NCBI RefSeq assembly: GCF_004010195.1
Contig: NC_057720.1
Span: forward strand, 16,624,095 to 16,688,094
Direction of reading: 5' to 3'
Source: Chiloscyllium plagiosum
Lineage: Eukaryota
DNA length: 64,000 nt
Below are positions 12,069 to 24,203 of this stretch, in pieces; within the stretch, counting starts at the first letter, position 1, and each line of letters starts with the position of its first letter. Below the pieces are notes generated by a model. It searched no databases. It was not told the DNA's origin and saw nothing but the letters and a program-made list of their open reading frames with translations. The translations under genes and the position numbers were made by a program.

Positions 12069-13554
12069 AATTACAGGACTTTTCATGGACAACTGACATC
12101 ATCACTTAAAAACTGGATGATTTGAACCTATCTTCCAGACTTTTATTAAAACTTTATTAAATATTGACAAAAATATCTTAGATTTAATTTCTTCAATTTG
12201 TTTATATTGCAGTTAGTTATATTTTGTTCCTCAACGTCTCCCTGTTTAGTTTACAATTTTTGTGGGGGGTTTTTCACCATTGCAGAAAGTTGAATTTGCT
12301 ATTTAAGTACCCTAAATTAGTCAAAAAGCTCTTGTGATGTGATGGTAATCCCCACCTCTCGACAAGGAGGTCTAAGATCATGTCCTTCCTGTTTCAAAGA
12401 TGTGATCAATTGCTGTTATTGTAATTTTATTATTGGACTCAAATATAAAATGAACAGTTCACCTCTAATGTATATGCACTTGCCTGTTGAAACACTTCAC
12501 TGTGACAAGACCAGAGCTTAAAACATGCCAGTGACATCACAGTGTTTGGAGTAACCATGATGTCAGTGCCATTAAATTTGGAGGAGGGTGTCAGAGTGTT
12601 TAAAAAGGAAACGTATAGAATATAGCATTCAACCGAGGGTTGAACAATGCAAAATAAGATGTATGTGTTATTTTTAAAAGATAAATTCAGGGATCCCAAA
12701 CTCTCAATATGGAACTGCATTTGAAAACACAGGGATCCACAATTCGGCTACAGCACTATAAAATCGATTTGCCACTTTATACTTCTTTTGAGGTTTGCTT
12801 CCCATGAAAATGCCTAAATTAATCTTATATAGGCACGAAAAGAAAGTCAATAAAGAGTTAAAAAATAAAAGAGCTGGTCCTATTTAGAAGGATCAAATAT
12901 TTGTCTATGAAATTATTTGCATCAACATTCATGTCAGCTATGAACATGGAAGTAAGAGTGGAAACAACAATTCAATTATTGTGTCAAGCTCTAATTCCAT
13001 GAGTATGAGGAAAGTTTTGACCAATATTCTACGATTGTTGGGCTTCAATTTTCAGAAGTCTTTATTTTTATGTGGTATATATTTCAATATATATGCCATA
13101 AACTTAACAATTTCTATTAAATTGTTTATAGGGATATAGAGAAAAGTCCTTACATATTTTTTGCTGTATTCCTTCCCTCAGCATTCTAGTCTGTGTACTG
13201 GTGCACAGCAACCATGTCTAAGGGTACTGTTGAGAGATTAGTGTGAGACTTTGTTTTACTTGAGAAAGTAAAGTGATGATTAAATTGCCTTAGCAGTAGC
13301 CAGCTTTGGAGAGTTAGTGAATATGTTTCTCCGGGATAAGGCAAACAAAAGATTAGATTACTGTAGTCTTGGCTGAGAAAAAGATCTGTCAGAGTGATGA
13401 CAGACACAGGCTACACCTATGCAAGGTGTCAGTGAAAGGATAAAATGTAAATTACTTTCAATGGTTCTATGGCACTTGCTCAGAAAATATATTGACCCAT
13501 GTTAACCACCTTTCTGGAACAGATATTGCATTCTGCCAATGTGATATATTCAAA

Positions 13555-14935
13555 GAATCATAGAATTGTTACAGTGCAGAAGGAGGCCATTTGGCCAATC
13601 TTTTCCACACCAATTTTCCAAATGAGCAATTCACTTAGTTCCACTCTCCAGCTTTTTCCTTGTGCATTCTCTTATTTTCATATAAATCTAATTTCTTTTT
13701 TAATGTTTCAAATGAACCTGCCTCCATGAGTCTCAGGCAGTGCACTCCATACCACTCCATGCAGGAAATTCTTCTTCTAATGTCATTTTCATTTCCTTTC
13801 TCAATTACTTTAAATCTGCACTGTTCCATTCTTGATCCCTTCACAAGTGGGGATGATTTATCCATCACAACACTGGCAGACTCATTGTGATTTTGAAAAC
13901 TTTAATAAAATGTTCTCTCAGGCTTCTTTTCTCCAAGGAAATGAGTCTTAATTCCTCGTCTCTACAATAATTTTCATTAATCTTTTCTTCACTCTCCAAT
14001 GCCTTTACATTCTTAAAGTGTGGCCCCCAGAACTGGACCAAGTCTCCAATAATGCAATGTTTTATACAAATTCAAAATTAACTCCTTAATCTTGTACTCT
14101 ACACTTCAATCAATTAAGTCTAGGATATCTACATTTTATTAATTGCCTAAAATGGCTTATGCACACATATACCCACCTCTCTCTGCTCCTACATATTGTA
14201 AGGGCTGCAGGACCCTTGTGATTATGTCAGATAGCTGCTCATAACTGAGCATAAGTACTACAGTGTAGGTAGAATTCAATCTCTCTCGAATTTTACACCA
14301 CACAAGGCTATAATATGGACATGAACACAAGAAGAAAATAAATTTGTTTTTACCTAATATAACTATAAGATCAAAGTCTGGTATATCTATGATTGCTAAT
14401 GTATAGCAGTACTTAAAATTAATGTACGTGAGCAGTGTTGCTTTGAAGTCAATGTCAGAATTCAGTTCTTGCCTTTGCCTTCTCCTTAGCCAATCTATTT
14501 CAAATGCAACTCATACTGTGGCCTCAAACCACACAATGAAAGAGTGCCCTTTAGTTTATAATGTCTCTTCATGTTCTTCCTTCCAAAATGAATCAATTCC
14601 CAATTCACTGCAACGAACATCATCTGCCACCTATCCAGCCATTCCTGTCTATTCTTTTCGAAGTTCTACGTTATCTTCCTCACACTTCATAATGCTTCCA
14701 AGTTCTACACCATCTGTGCACTGGAAATTGTGCACTGCACATCAGTGTCGATGTTAATGATATATAACTGGAAAAATAGAAGTCCCTGGATAACTTTCCT
14801 ACATAAGTTCTTCCAACCCCAAAAAAATGCATCAACACCTACTTTCTGTTTCTTATCACTCAGCCAATTTCATAATCATTTTGTTACTGTTTCTTTTATT
14901 CCATGAGGTAGAACATTTTCTACAGGTCTTTGTGT
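13555..14935 (-). mobile_element. Old CR1 LINE fragment, interrupted at about 14195-14535
   Basis: Tail AGAATCATAGAAT on + strand; degenerate ORF2 C-terminus (MEAGSFETLKKKLDLY). Confidence 0.65.
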
Positions 14936-15572
14936 CTCTGAGAGAAATGGAGAGAATCACATGTAGTGAATGTGCAAAAGGCATCAAAAGGAAATGCTTG
15001 TAACCTTGTCAGTTGAGTAAGAAATTTAAAGTGAAGTTAGGAGGGATTCTTCACTGGGGTTGAGTGTTTGTAAAAGGCTTTGCTGGAAAAGAAGGTTGAA
15101 TTTCCTTTTGCTGTTTATGACAGGATCTTTCAAATGTGTTTTCATAGATTTGTTTATTTAAATTTTGTGCTCTTTTGTTAAAAGTACATTTACGACTTTG
15201 TCTGAAAATCTTAAGTAACTGACCATCGCAGTAGCCAAATTGCATTATAAAATTTACAATCTGTCAAGCCAGGTTTGCTTCTGAAATCTGACTTGTCTAG
15301 TTTGACCATCAGCTGGGATCATAACAAAGTAGGGCTCCGGGCTGGACGGAAATCCACTGAACTTAAGAAGGATCTGTGAGTCTTAAAAAAAACTATTATG
15401 TGGAAGTATTAGAGATGAAAACAGAAGTTGTATGGAAGTATATTTATTAGACTTGCAAAATGATTGTTGCTAATGATTGTTGTTCTATTCTGAAGTAGAA
15501 AATATAATAGTAAATCATTTTAGTGATAACCTCCACATGGGAAATCATTAATTAATCTTCCTGTCCAATATA

Positions 15573-15746
15573 CAGAGGAACCTCAATTATCGGAAGGACA
15601 AGGGCAGGGAGTATTTCGTTCCGTTAATTGAATTCTGGATAATCGAATGCCGGATAACATAATTTAGCCAAGCTTCGGGACCTTGCGATCTTGCCATATA
15701 ATCTGATATTCGGATAATCAATTGCCGGATAATCAAGGTTCTTCTG
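15573..15746. mobile_element. Tigger/pogo-type MITE
   Basis: TIRs CAGAGGAACCTCAATTATC and GATAATCAAGGTTCTTCTG; TA at the left flank; internal GGATAATC repeats. Confidence 0.8.
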
Positions 15747-15846
15747 TTGTCCCTATGGTCTTATGGTCTGTAGAGTTTTTTAGTATGAGTTCCCTTGGCC
15801 TGCCCAGCTAGAACTCATCACCTGAGCCCTTTATAAAGCAGACTCA

Positions 15847-16100
15847 GGGCACACTTGTGGCACAGTGATAGTGTCCCTACCACTGGATAAGGAAGGGTTC
15901 AAGTCCCATATGCTCCAGAGTTGTGTAATAACATCACCGAACAGGTTGATTAGACAGTAGGTTACATTAAAGAAAATTGTAATAAGAAAAAGACCTAGGC
16001 CTCTTAGTGGCATAGTGGTAGTCAGGGAAACCCGGGTTCAAGTCCCACTTGCTCCAGAGGGGTAAAGTAACATCTCTGAATAGGTTGTTTTGAAAAATAG
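15847..16100 (+). mobile_element. Two tandem short tRNA-derived SINEs
   Basis: Each has a TGGCA.AGTG A box, a GGTTCAAGTCCCA B box and a TAACATC.C.GAA.AGGTTG end. Confidence 0.75.
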
Positions 16101-16139
16101 ATTAAAAGAATTTTTAAACAATTTAATAACTCAGAACAG

Positions 16140-16490
16140 AGGCGGCATGGTGGCTCAGTGCCTCACAGCACCAGGGAACCAGTTCGAATCCAGATTTGGG
16201 CACCTAGCTGTGTTGACTTTGCATGTTCTTGTCATGTCTGTATGGGTTTCTGCCGATGCTCTAGTTTCCTCCCCAGTCCTTATATGTGAAGGTTAGGTGG
16301 ATTGGAGATGCTAAATTGCCCAATAGCGTCTAGAGATGTGCACGTTAGGTGGATTAGTCAGGGTTAATGCAGGGTTACAGAGATAGGGTGGGTGGATAGG
16401 TCTGGGTATAATGTTCTTCAGCAGGTCATTGCAGACTAGACAGTGCCAAATACCCTCTGTCTGCACTGTCGGGATTCTGTGATTCTATGT
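16140..16490 (+). mobile_element. HE1-like V-SINE
   Basis: GGCGGCATGGTGGCTCAG head, GGTTAGGTGGATTGG..GCTAAATTGCCC core and a CR1-like tail. Confidence 0.8.
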
Positions 16491-16629
16491 GAGTTGGATA
16501 CATTGATGTTTAATTTGAAGATAGGAAAATTGCATTGTTAAAAATTAGAGAGTAACAATTGATAGCTTATGTTAAAAAAAGCAGAACCAGGAATGGGTCA
16601 GGCATGCTACGAGTAGTGGTTTCATATTA

Positions 16630-17503
16630 TAGAACATAGAACGTAGAACATTACAGCGCAGTGCAGGCCCTTCGGCCCTCGATGTATCTGAAGCCCATCT
16701 AACCTACACTATTCCATGTACATCCATATGCTTGTCCAATGACGACTTAAATGTACTTAAAGTTGGCGAATCTACTATCGTTGCAAGCAAAGCATTCCAT
16801 ACCCTTACTACTCTCTGAGTAAAGAAACTACCTCTGACATCTGTCCTATATCTATCACCCCTCAATTTAAAGCTATGTCCTCTCGTGCTAGCCATCACCA
16901 TCGAAGGAAACAGGCTCTCCCTGTCCACCCTATCTAACCCTCTGATTATCTTATATGTCTCTCTTAAGTCACCGCTCAACCTTCTTCTCTCTAACGAAAA
17001 CAGCCTCAAGTCCCTCAGCCTTTCCTCATAAGGCTTTCCCTCCATACCAGGCAACATCCTAGTAAATCTCCTCTGCACCCTTTCCAAAGCTTCCACATCC
17101 ATCTTATAATGCGGTAACCAGAACTGTACACAATACTCCAAGTGCGACTGCACTAGAGTTTTGTACAGCTGTAGCATAACCTCATGGTTCCGGAACTCAA
17201 TCCCTCTATTAATAAAAGCTAAATCACTGTATGCCTTCTTAACAACCCTGTCAACCTGGGTGGCAACTTTCAAGGATCTGTGTACCTGGACACCGAGATC
17301 TCTCTGCTCATCTACACTAGCAAGAATCTTACCATTAGCGCAGTACTTTGCATTCTGGTTACTCCGACCAAAGTGAATCATCTCACACTTGTTTGCATTA
17401 AACTCCATTTGCCACCTCTCAGCCCAGCTCTGCAGCTTGTCTATGTCTCTCTGTAACCTACAGCAACCTTTGTCACTATCCACAACTCCACCAACTTTAG
17501 TGT
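16630..17503 (-). mobile_element. Young 5'-truncated CR1 LINE with uninterrupted ORF2 C-terminus
   Basis: 268-aa ORF 16704-17510 (LQRDIDKLQSWAERWQMEFNANKC..LYKTLVQSHLEYCVQFW..FFTQRVVRVWNAL); (TTCTA.G)n tail. Confidence 0.95.
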
Positions 17504-17955
17504 GCAACAATCAATGATGTTCCTTTCCAGTCAGGCCTTCTGAGTTATTACAATTTTAAATCCTTGACTAAGACTATACTAAGATAGTACCGATAATTGA
17601 AGGTAAAAATAAAAGTAGGATGTGATAAGCATGAGATTTAGCATTAGAAAAGGGGTGATTCAGCATTAGAATTAGCTACAATTCAGGCAGAAAGGGAGAA
17701 AATAAAATGTGAAAACTTGTATTAGAAGAAACCGAGAGAAAGGAAACAAAACAGAATCAAAGAAACAGAAAGCGGAAGAGAAAGCTTGACTTGGAAAGTG
17801 GGAATAAAGAAAGACAAATAAAATCGGAAAGAGAAATGGAACTTTTAAAAACTTGATCTTCAAAGGGAGACTGAACTCAGACAACATGACCTCACAAGAC
17901 AAAATCTTAGAATCTCGGAGGAAAGAACAGGTAGATGATCGTGGTACTAAGGGAA

Positions 17956-20740
17956 TGAAATAATTCCATGGAGATCAGTATCCTGTCACCCAGTCACCCT
18001 TTATGCACAGTACATGGATTCTAACCAGCTTGCTCATAGCCAGTTCCTTGAGTGGTGAGAAGAATCCCTGAGACTCCTGTTTATATCCGTCAGCCTGGAC
18101 TCCCCCAGGTTCACAGCCCCAATCAGGGAACTTATACTTAATGAGATTCACCTGGCCAACCTCGTTCCAATCACTCTGCTGCCTGCCCCCTACCCCACTC
18201 TCCTGCCAAATCCAAGTATGTAACCTTTTCTTTCTCTTGGAGCTTCCCCTGGAATATTTTCACCTCAGGCCCGATTCCTCCAACTCTGATTCGGATAGGG
18301 GCAGCATGTACCGGACCATAGCCCATCACTTGCGTCTGGAGCATCTCAAAAGGAATTCCTCCTCTTCTTCAGGCAGTAATGGTATCGAGGTGGCGGCATC
18401 CGCTGTATCCATCTTGGACTCTGAGGTTTCTTTGACACTAAACAGAAGGGGAGAACCCAGGGTTTCTGACAGTGTTTCCAGCTGATGCTCCTGCCCCATT
18501 TGTGAGGTAGCAGCTTTGATGTGATCCACATGTTTGTTCACCACTGAGCCACCATGCCGACCCTGTTCTGCTTTATTAAATTGTTTAAAAATTCTTTTAA
18601 TCTATTTTTCAAAACAACCTGTTCAGCGATGTTACTATACCCCTCTGGAGCAAGTGGGACTTGAACCCGGGCTTCTCTAACTACCGCTATGCCACAACAA
18701 GGCCTTGGTCTTTTTCTTATTACAATTTTTTAAATGTAACCTATTGTCTAATCAACCTGTTCAGAGATGTTATTACACAACTCTGGAGCATATGGGACTG
18801 GAACCCTTTCTTGTCTAGTGGTAGGGACACTATCACTGTTCCACAAGAGTGCCCTGGGTCTGCTTTATAAAGGGCTCAGGTGATGAGTTCCAGTTGGGCA
18901 GGCCAAGGGAACTCATACTCAAAAAGCCTACCTTAACTTTGTATGTCACGGGACCTGATCTCGTATCAATCTTGCCTCGTACCCATGCAGGGTCATTTGC
19001 ATGGTTTCGACACCAAACTTTGTCTCCTGAAATAAACTGTCTCTCTTGTTTAGAGGAGGCATATGGCCATTGTTGGCATTCCTGATGCCGTTTCACTCTC
19101 GCCCCAAGTTGGGAATATCAGGTGTAACCCAATGCAGAACCTTGCCCCCATCAGGTAACTTCACTGAAACTATCCCTGCAGTTGTGTGAGGGGTGGCCCT
19201 ATAATCATACAGAAACTGGGACAGTTTGGTATTGAGTGAAGCTATGGGTTTTTTTTTAAGCCTGCCTTAAAAGTTTGGACTACTCTTTCCATCAGACCAT
19301 TGGATGGTGTGGAGCTGTCTGAACTTGCCGAATGCCATTCGACTTTAGGAAATGCTCAAAATCCCGACTGGGAAATGATGTCCCATTGTTTGTGACCAAT
19401 ACTTCCAGGAAACCATGATGCCCGCAGATTTTCAATTCTCATCCCTGAGTTTGCCGAATGAACTTTATGCACGTCCAACCACTTTGAATGGGCATCCGCA
19501 ATGACCAAGAATATTAAGCCCATGAAAGGACCTGCATTGTCAATGCGTAACCAATTCTAGGGTTTACCAGGCCATTTCCATAAACGTGGGGGAGCTGCTG
19601 GCAGTAATGTTTGTCCTTGTTGGCACTCTGGGCACTGTACCACCAACGTGGTTATGTCGGCATCCAATCCTGGCTACGAAACATAATGTTTTGCCAACAT
19701 CTTCATTTTGGAACCCTGGTAGAGTTCAGCCAGTATCTGGCAGCAACATTTACTCAGGACAGTCACTCTTGCTCACCATTATAATACACTGTCCTCTATT
19801 GTAGTCTGGTCTCGCCAGGTCCAGAAAGGTTTCAATTCTGGTTGTGATGTCCCTTTTGTTTTTCCCATCACCACCAACTGTTTTAGTTTTGCAAGAACAG
19901 GATCTTTTTGTGTCCACAGTTGGATATTGTCAGCAATGACTAGAAGAGTGTGCAGAAAGTTTAAAACCAGAATGGATTCTTACAGGTGAAGCAGCACCCA
20001 CGGTATATTGCTCGTGGGAGGCAGCTCAAGGCATCTGCTTTTGCCACGGCCTCCCAGATAGTTTTCCAACTTGTAAGTATACACAGTGAGAATAAGGTTC
20101 CCCTGCTGAAATTGACCAGATGTTATGGGTGGCATGGTTTTGTCTTCTTTACGTAGACCTAGCATGGGTTCGTGATCCCTTACTATTAAAATTTACACCC
20201 ATAAAGGTACTGGTAGAACCTTCTTAGACCAATGATGGCCACAAAACCTTCCTTCTGTAAACAAAAATCAAAAAGAACTACAGATCCTATAAATCAGAAA
20301 CAAACAGAAATTGCTGGAAAAGCTCAATAGGTCTGGCAGCATCTGGAGAGAATCAGAGTTAACATTTCGGGTCAAGTGACCGTTCCTCAGAACACTTCTT
20401 TCTCTATTGTACTTGGGCATATTTGTGTTTAGCATCGACCAAAGTCCAGGAAACATATGCTGTGGAGCATTCCTCTCTGTTGAGCCACCAGTGAGCCAAT
20501 ACTACCCCGATACTGTATGGGGAGGCATCGCATGTCGCTTGCGATCGTAGTGGGTCAACACCTTTGATAATGATAGCTGTGTGACCATTTCCAAGGCTGA
20601 CATTTCTTCAATAGCAGGTGTAAGAATGCCAAGATGGAGGGCAGATTACATATACATTTGCCATAATAATTCACCAACCCAAAGAAAGATCTAGACTCTG
20701 GTACAGACATGGGAGCCAGAGCATGTCTAGCTTTGTGAAG
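17956..20740 (-). mobile_element. Mag/K02A2.6-like Gypsy relic (RT thumb, RNase H, IN, 3' LTR)
   Basis: RSFFGLVNYYGK..LHLLLKKCQPWKWS; GDKVWCRNH..WVRGKIDTRSGPVTYKVKVG then VNKHVDHIK; LTR about 17956-18175 ending TTATTTCA on the minus strand. Confidence 0.85.
18542..18926 (-). repeat. Inverted duplicate of 15776-16160 inserted in the Gypsy integrase
   Basis: Direct reverse-complement alignment, about 90% identical by eye, including the unique spacers between the SINEs. Confidence 0.92.
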
Positions 20741-23284
20741 GACAGTACCCTGCCCCCTCACAACCCCACCAGTTTTGCATACAAGTCCCCATCCAAGAGA
20801 TTCGTTATTTAACCAGCTGCAAGAAGTGGTTTACTGTTTACTCAAAATCCCCACAATAGCAAACCAACTGGCACTGCCCATTCTGCAAAATGTATTAGTT
20901 ATTGATTCCTTCACTTTCCAACCTCCTGATTTCTTCCTCTACTTTTGCACATAAGGCGGTGAGTATTTGATTAAACTAGAGATCTGAATATAGTGCCTAA
21001 ATTTATGGAGGATGGAGTTCAAAATATTGCAGCTCGTTTGAAAAGGTAGCTGATGAGATGAAGTCGCCAAAAGATGTGTGGACCTTAATATTACAGAGTG
21101 ACATGATAGACACAGCTATTAATGTGTGCACTAGTTTGTTAGGTAAGCAATCTTCAGGTTATGAAGCTGTTAAGAGAACAATACTCAATGCTTGTATGCT
21201 TGCCCCTGAAGTTTATTGATTAAACATTAGAATTTTAAAAAAGAAACCTGATCAGGCATTTGTGGAAATTGCAAGGGAAAAAGAAATATTATGGGATCAA
21301 TCATTTCCATCAATGAAGTCAGAGAAAAGTTTTGGGAATTTAATTGAAATCATGATTATGGAAGAATTTTGAAATAGTATTCTCAAAACCATTAAGACTT
21401 ATTTAGATGTGTTTAAATAAATATTAAAAGTTCAAGAAGCAGCAGCTTAAGTAGATACCTGTGATACCTAACACGGAGTGCTACATATGGGGAAACAATC
21501 ATATGGGAATCAACAAGAAAATTACAGGAGTAGAAAGTCGAGGGATGGGAAAGACTTTAGTTTTAGGGAGCAAACAAAAGATTTCTACAATAATAAAGGG
21601 GGAAGGTTAGAACCTAAAAATTATGTAAAGAAAATAATATGCAAAACTAATGTACTAGCATTGTAATAAGACTGGACATATAAAAGCTAATTGCCAAAAT
21701 CTAAATGGGAAATGTATTGCAGTAGTAGGGATGCTTAAGGGACCCTCAGAAAAGTAAATTGGTAGTAAACTGTAGAAGAAGTACAAGTGGTGTGTATGCC
21801 CTCTGAACATATTAGGGACGGGGAATTCGTTCAAGACAGTCAAGACAATTCTTCCTTATTTATTGATAAAGAAAAGTTGACTATCAGGCTCTGAACAAAC
21901 CAAATTGAAATGCAACAGGAGAAACATCCAGGATTGTTTCTTGATTGGTTTGTGACTAGATCTCAAGTTCATAGAGTTAAACAGAAAGAGGAGCAATCTG
22001 TGAAAAATAAAGACAACTTCTGATTTGATTATCTGCCATTACTTTTGAAAACTTACATAAAAGAGATAAATGTAAAGAAAGCTGAGATGTATAGACTAAC
22101 TTCTTTAACATAAATGCAGCAGATGTATTCTGAATTGAGACAGCTGAGTCAATCAACCTCTGGAGAAATTGAATCAGAACCAATACCTGTGAAATGTTTT
22201 TTAAAAGATTGAGTTTTAGTGAGAAAATGGAAAATAACTCAAATACCAGCCAAAGAGGAATGAGTAGCAATCCATCAAGTGGTAGTTCCATTTGAGTATC
22301 ATAACTCAATTTTATGAGCAGCTCACAAAATTTGAATGTCACTCCTCTTAGGTATCAGGAAGATGCAGGCTAAAATACTAAAACTTATTGGCTTGGCCAG
22401 GATTTCATAAAGATGTTGGTCAATATTATCAGACGTGCCATACATATCATGTAGCAAGAAAACCATAGCCACTAACTAAAGCTGCACCTTTAATTCTAAT
22501 ACCAACTTTCAAAAAATAGTTCAGCAGCTTAATGGATTATGTGGGATCTCTACCTGAAACCAGGATTTCCTGAAGCCTTAAGACATGGGAACAGAAGTAG
22601 CCTATTCAGCCCATTGAGTCTGCTCCACTATTCAACAAGATTATTGCAGTGCTTTCGGGTAAAATTCCAGAGAAAAAGGTAGTGGAAAAGTTGGTTCCAA
22701 TATTGTTTTTACAAGTTATAGCTTATTCAAGGTAATAGAAACAGATCAATATTCAAATGTTATGTCACAAGTATTCAAATGATCCATGAACATGGAAATA
22801 AAAAAATTACATGTTCCGCTAATCATCAGCAATAATGAGGCTTGACAGAAAGATGGCTTCAAACTTTAAAGCTGTGATTGGGGCTTATTGTCAAGAATAA
22901 CCTCATGATTGGGATAAAGAAATTCCTCTGTTACTGTTTGCATTAGAAATGCCCCTAATAAGTCAACAGGATTAATTCTTTTGAACTGATATTCAGACAT
23001 TAGTTGAGAAGACCCTTTAAACTGATTAAAAATACATTTCCAAACCAAAGCTCGGTCTACATTTCTGACCTATCATTCAAATTTCTGAGAGAAAAAAAAC
23101 TAAGCAAAGTGCGTGAGTTAGCCAAAGTGCATTTGAAAAATGTCTACAAACAATAAAAAATAGATCAGATAAAAATGCTTGGAATTTTGATGCCGCAAAC
23201 AAGGTATTATTGTTACCTGAGAAACCATTAGAAATAAGAATCACTTGACCACATCAAATCAAAAAGAAACTTAGTGACTAGAAT

Positions 23285-23710
23285 TTTTTTAAAAATTAAA
23301 ATTATATTTTATTGACATGTTTCAAGTATAGGAATACAGGAGTACAGTAAAAATTTTACAAAGTCATCATTTTCCAGCGCTATCTTCATCACAAAAACCA
23401 GAATTAAAAACAAACAGGAGAAATAAAAGAAACAGAGCCAAAAGGAAAGAAAAATGGCCAGATCTAAAGAAAGAAAAGTGTCCAGATGGAGGCTGAGCAT
23501 TCCATACACAATAAAGGTGTATGGAATACTCAGCCTCCAAAGCAAGCACATGGGCCTAGCTGCAGTCTGCAGTCCTTTGCTGCTGTCACTGACCCAATCG
23601 CTGGGAGGAGATTTGCTTCCACAGATCCATTCACCGGTAGGATTCGCAAACATACTGCCAATTCAGATCCTATCGCTTCTGATCTTTGAGAAGAGCTTTA
23701 CAGTCATCAT
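23285..23710 (-). mobile_element. Unidentified polyadenylated retroposed insert with a 23-bp-stem hairpin
   Basis: Splits the Gmr1 integrase (KKLSD*N then VMSTLDR); minus strand ends AATAAA plus an A-rich tail; palindrome at 23487-23539. Confidence 0.6.
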
Positions 23711-23764
23711 GTAATGAGTACTCTAGACAGGATGAAAAGTCAGCGAGTGTGTAATATTAGTATG

Positions 23765-24203
23765 GATGTAGGTTTGCTCACTGAGCTGGAAGGTTCATTT
23801 TCAGACTTATTGTCACCATACTCGGTAACATCTTCAGTGAGCCTCCGGACAAAGAACTGCTAATGTTTCTTGCTTTCTATTTATATGTTTGGATGTCTTT
23901 GGGTTGGCGATGTCATTTCCTGTGGTGATGTCATTTCCTGTGGTGATGTCATTTCCTGTTATTTTTCTCAGGGGGTGGTAAATGGTGTCCAAGTCAATGT
24001 GTGTGTTGATAGAGTTCCAAAGTTCCAAGAAATCCAAACATATAAATAAAAAGCGGGAAACATCAGCAGTGCTTTGTCCAGAGGCTCACTGAAGCTATTA
24101 CCTAGTATGGTGACAAAACATCTGAAAATGAACCTTCTAGCTCAGCGAGAAAACCTACATCCAGAACATCAACCTGAGCTACAAATCTTCTTAAAACTCG
24201 CTG
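23765..24203. mobile_element. Penelope-like inverted hairpin insertion
   Basis: SINTHIDLDTIYHPL (Penelope ORF end); inverted arms; TSD ATATTAGTATG (23754-23764 and 24204-24214); splits Gmr1 RVCNISMLKQY. Confidence 0.88.

Noticed and set aside
12705..12815. Possible minus-strand terminal exon (GIFMGSKPQKKYKVANRFYSAVAELWIPVFSNAVPY*)
   Set aside because: Weak acceptor, no recognisable homolog and no partner exons found.
16704..17510. Longest ORF (268 aa) as a host gene
   Set aside because: It is the C-terminus of CR1 ORF2 in a 5'-truncated LINE copy.
23909..23960. GATGTCATTTCCTGTGGT x3 as a CRISPR-like array
   Set aside because: Contiguous 18-bp tandem repeat with no spacers, inside a Penelope 3' region of a eukaryotic genome.
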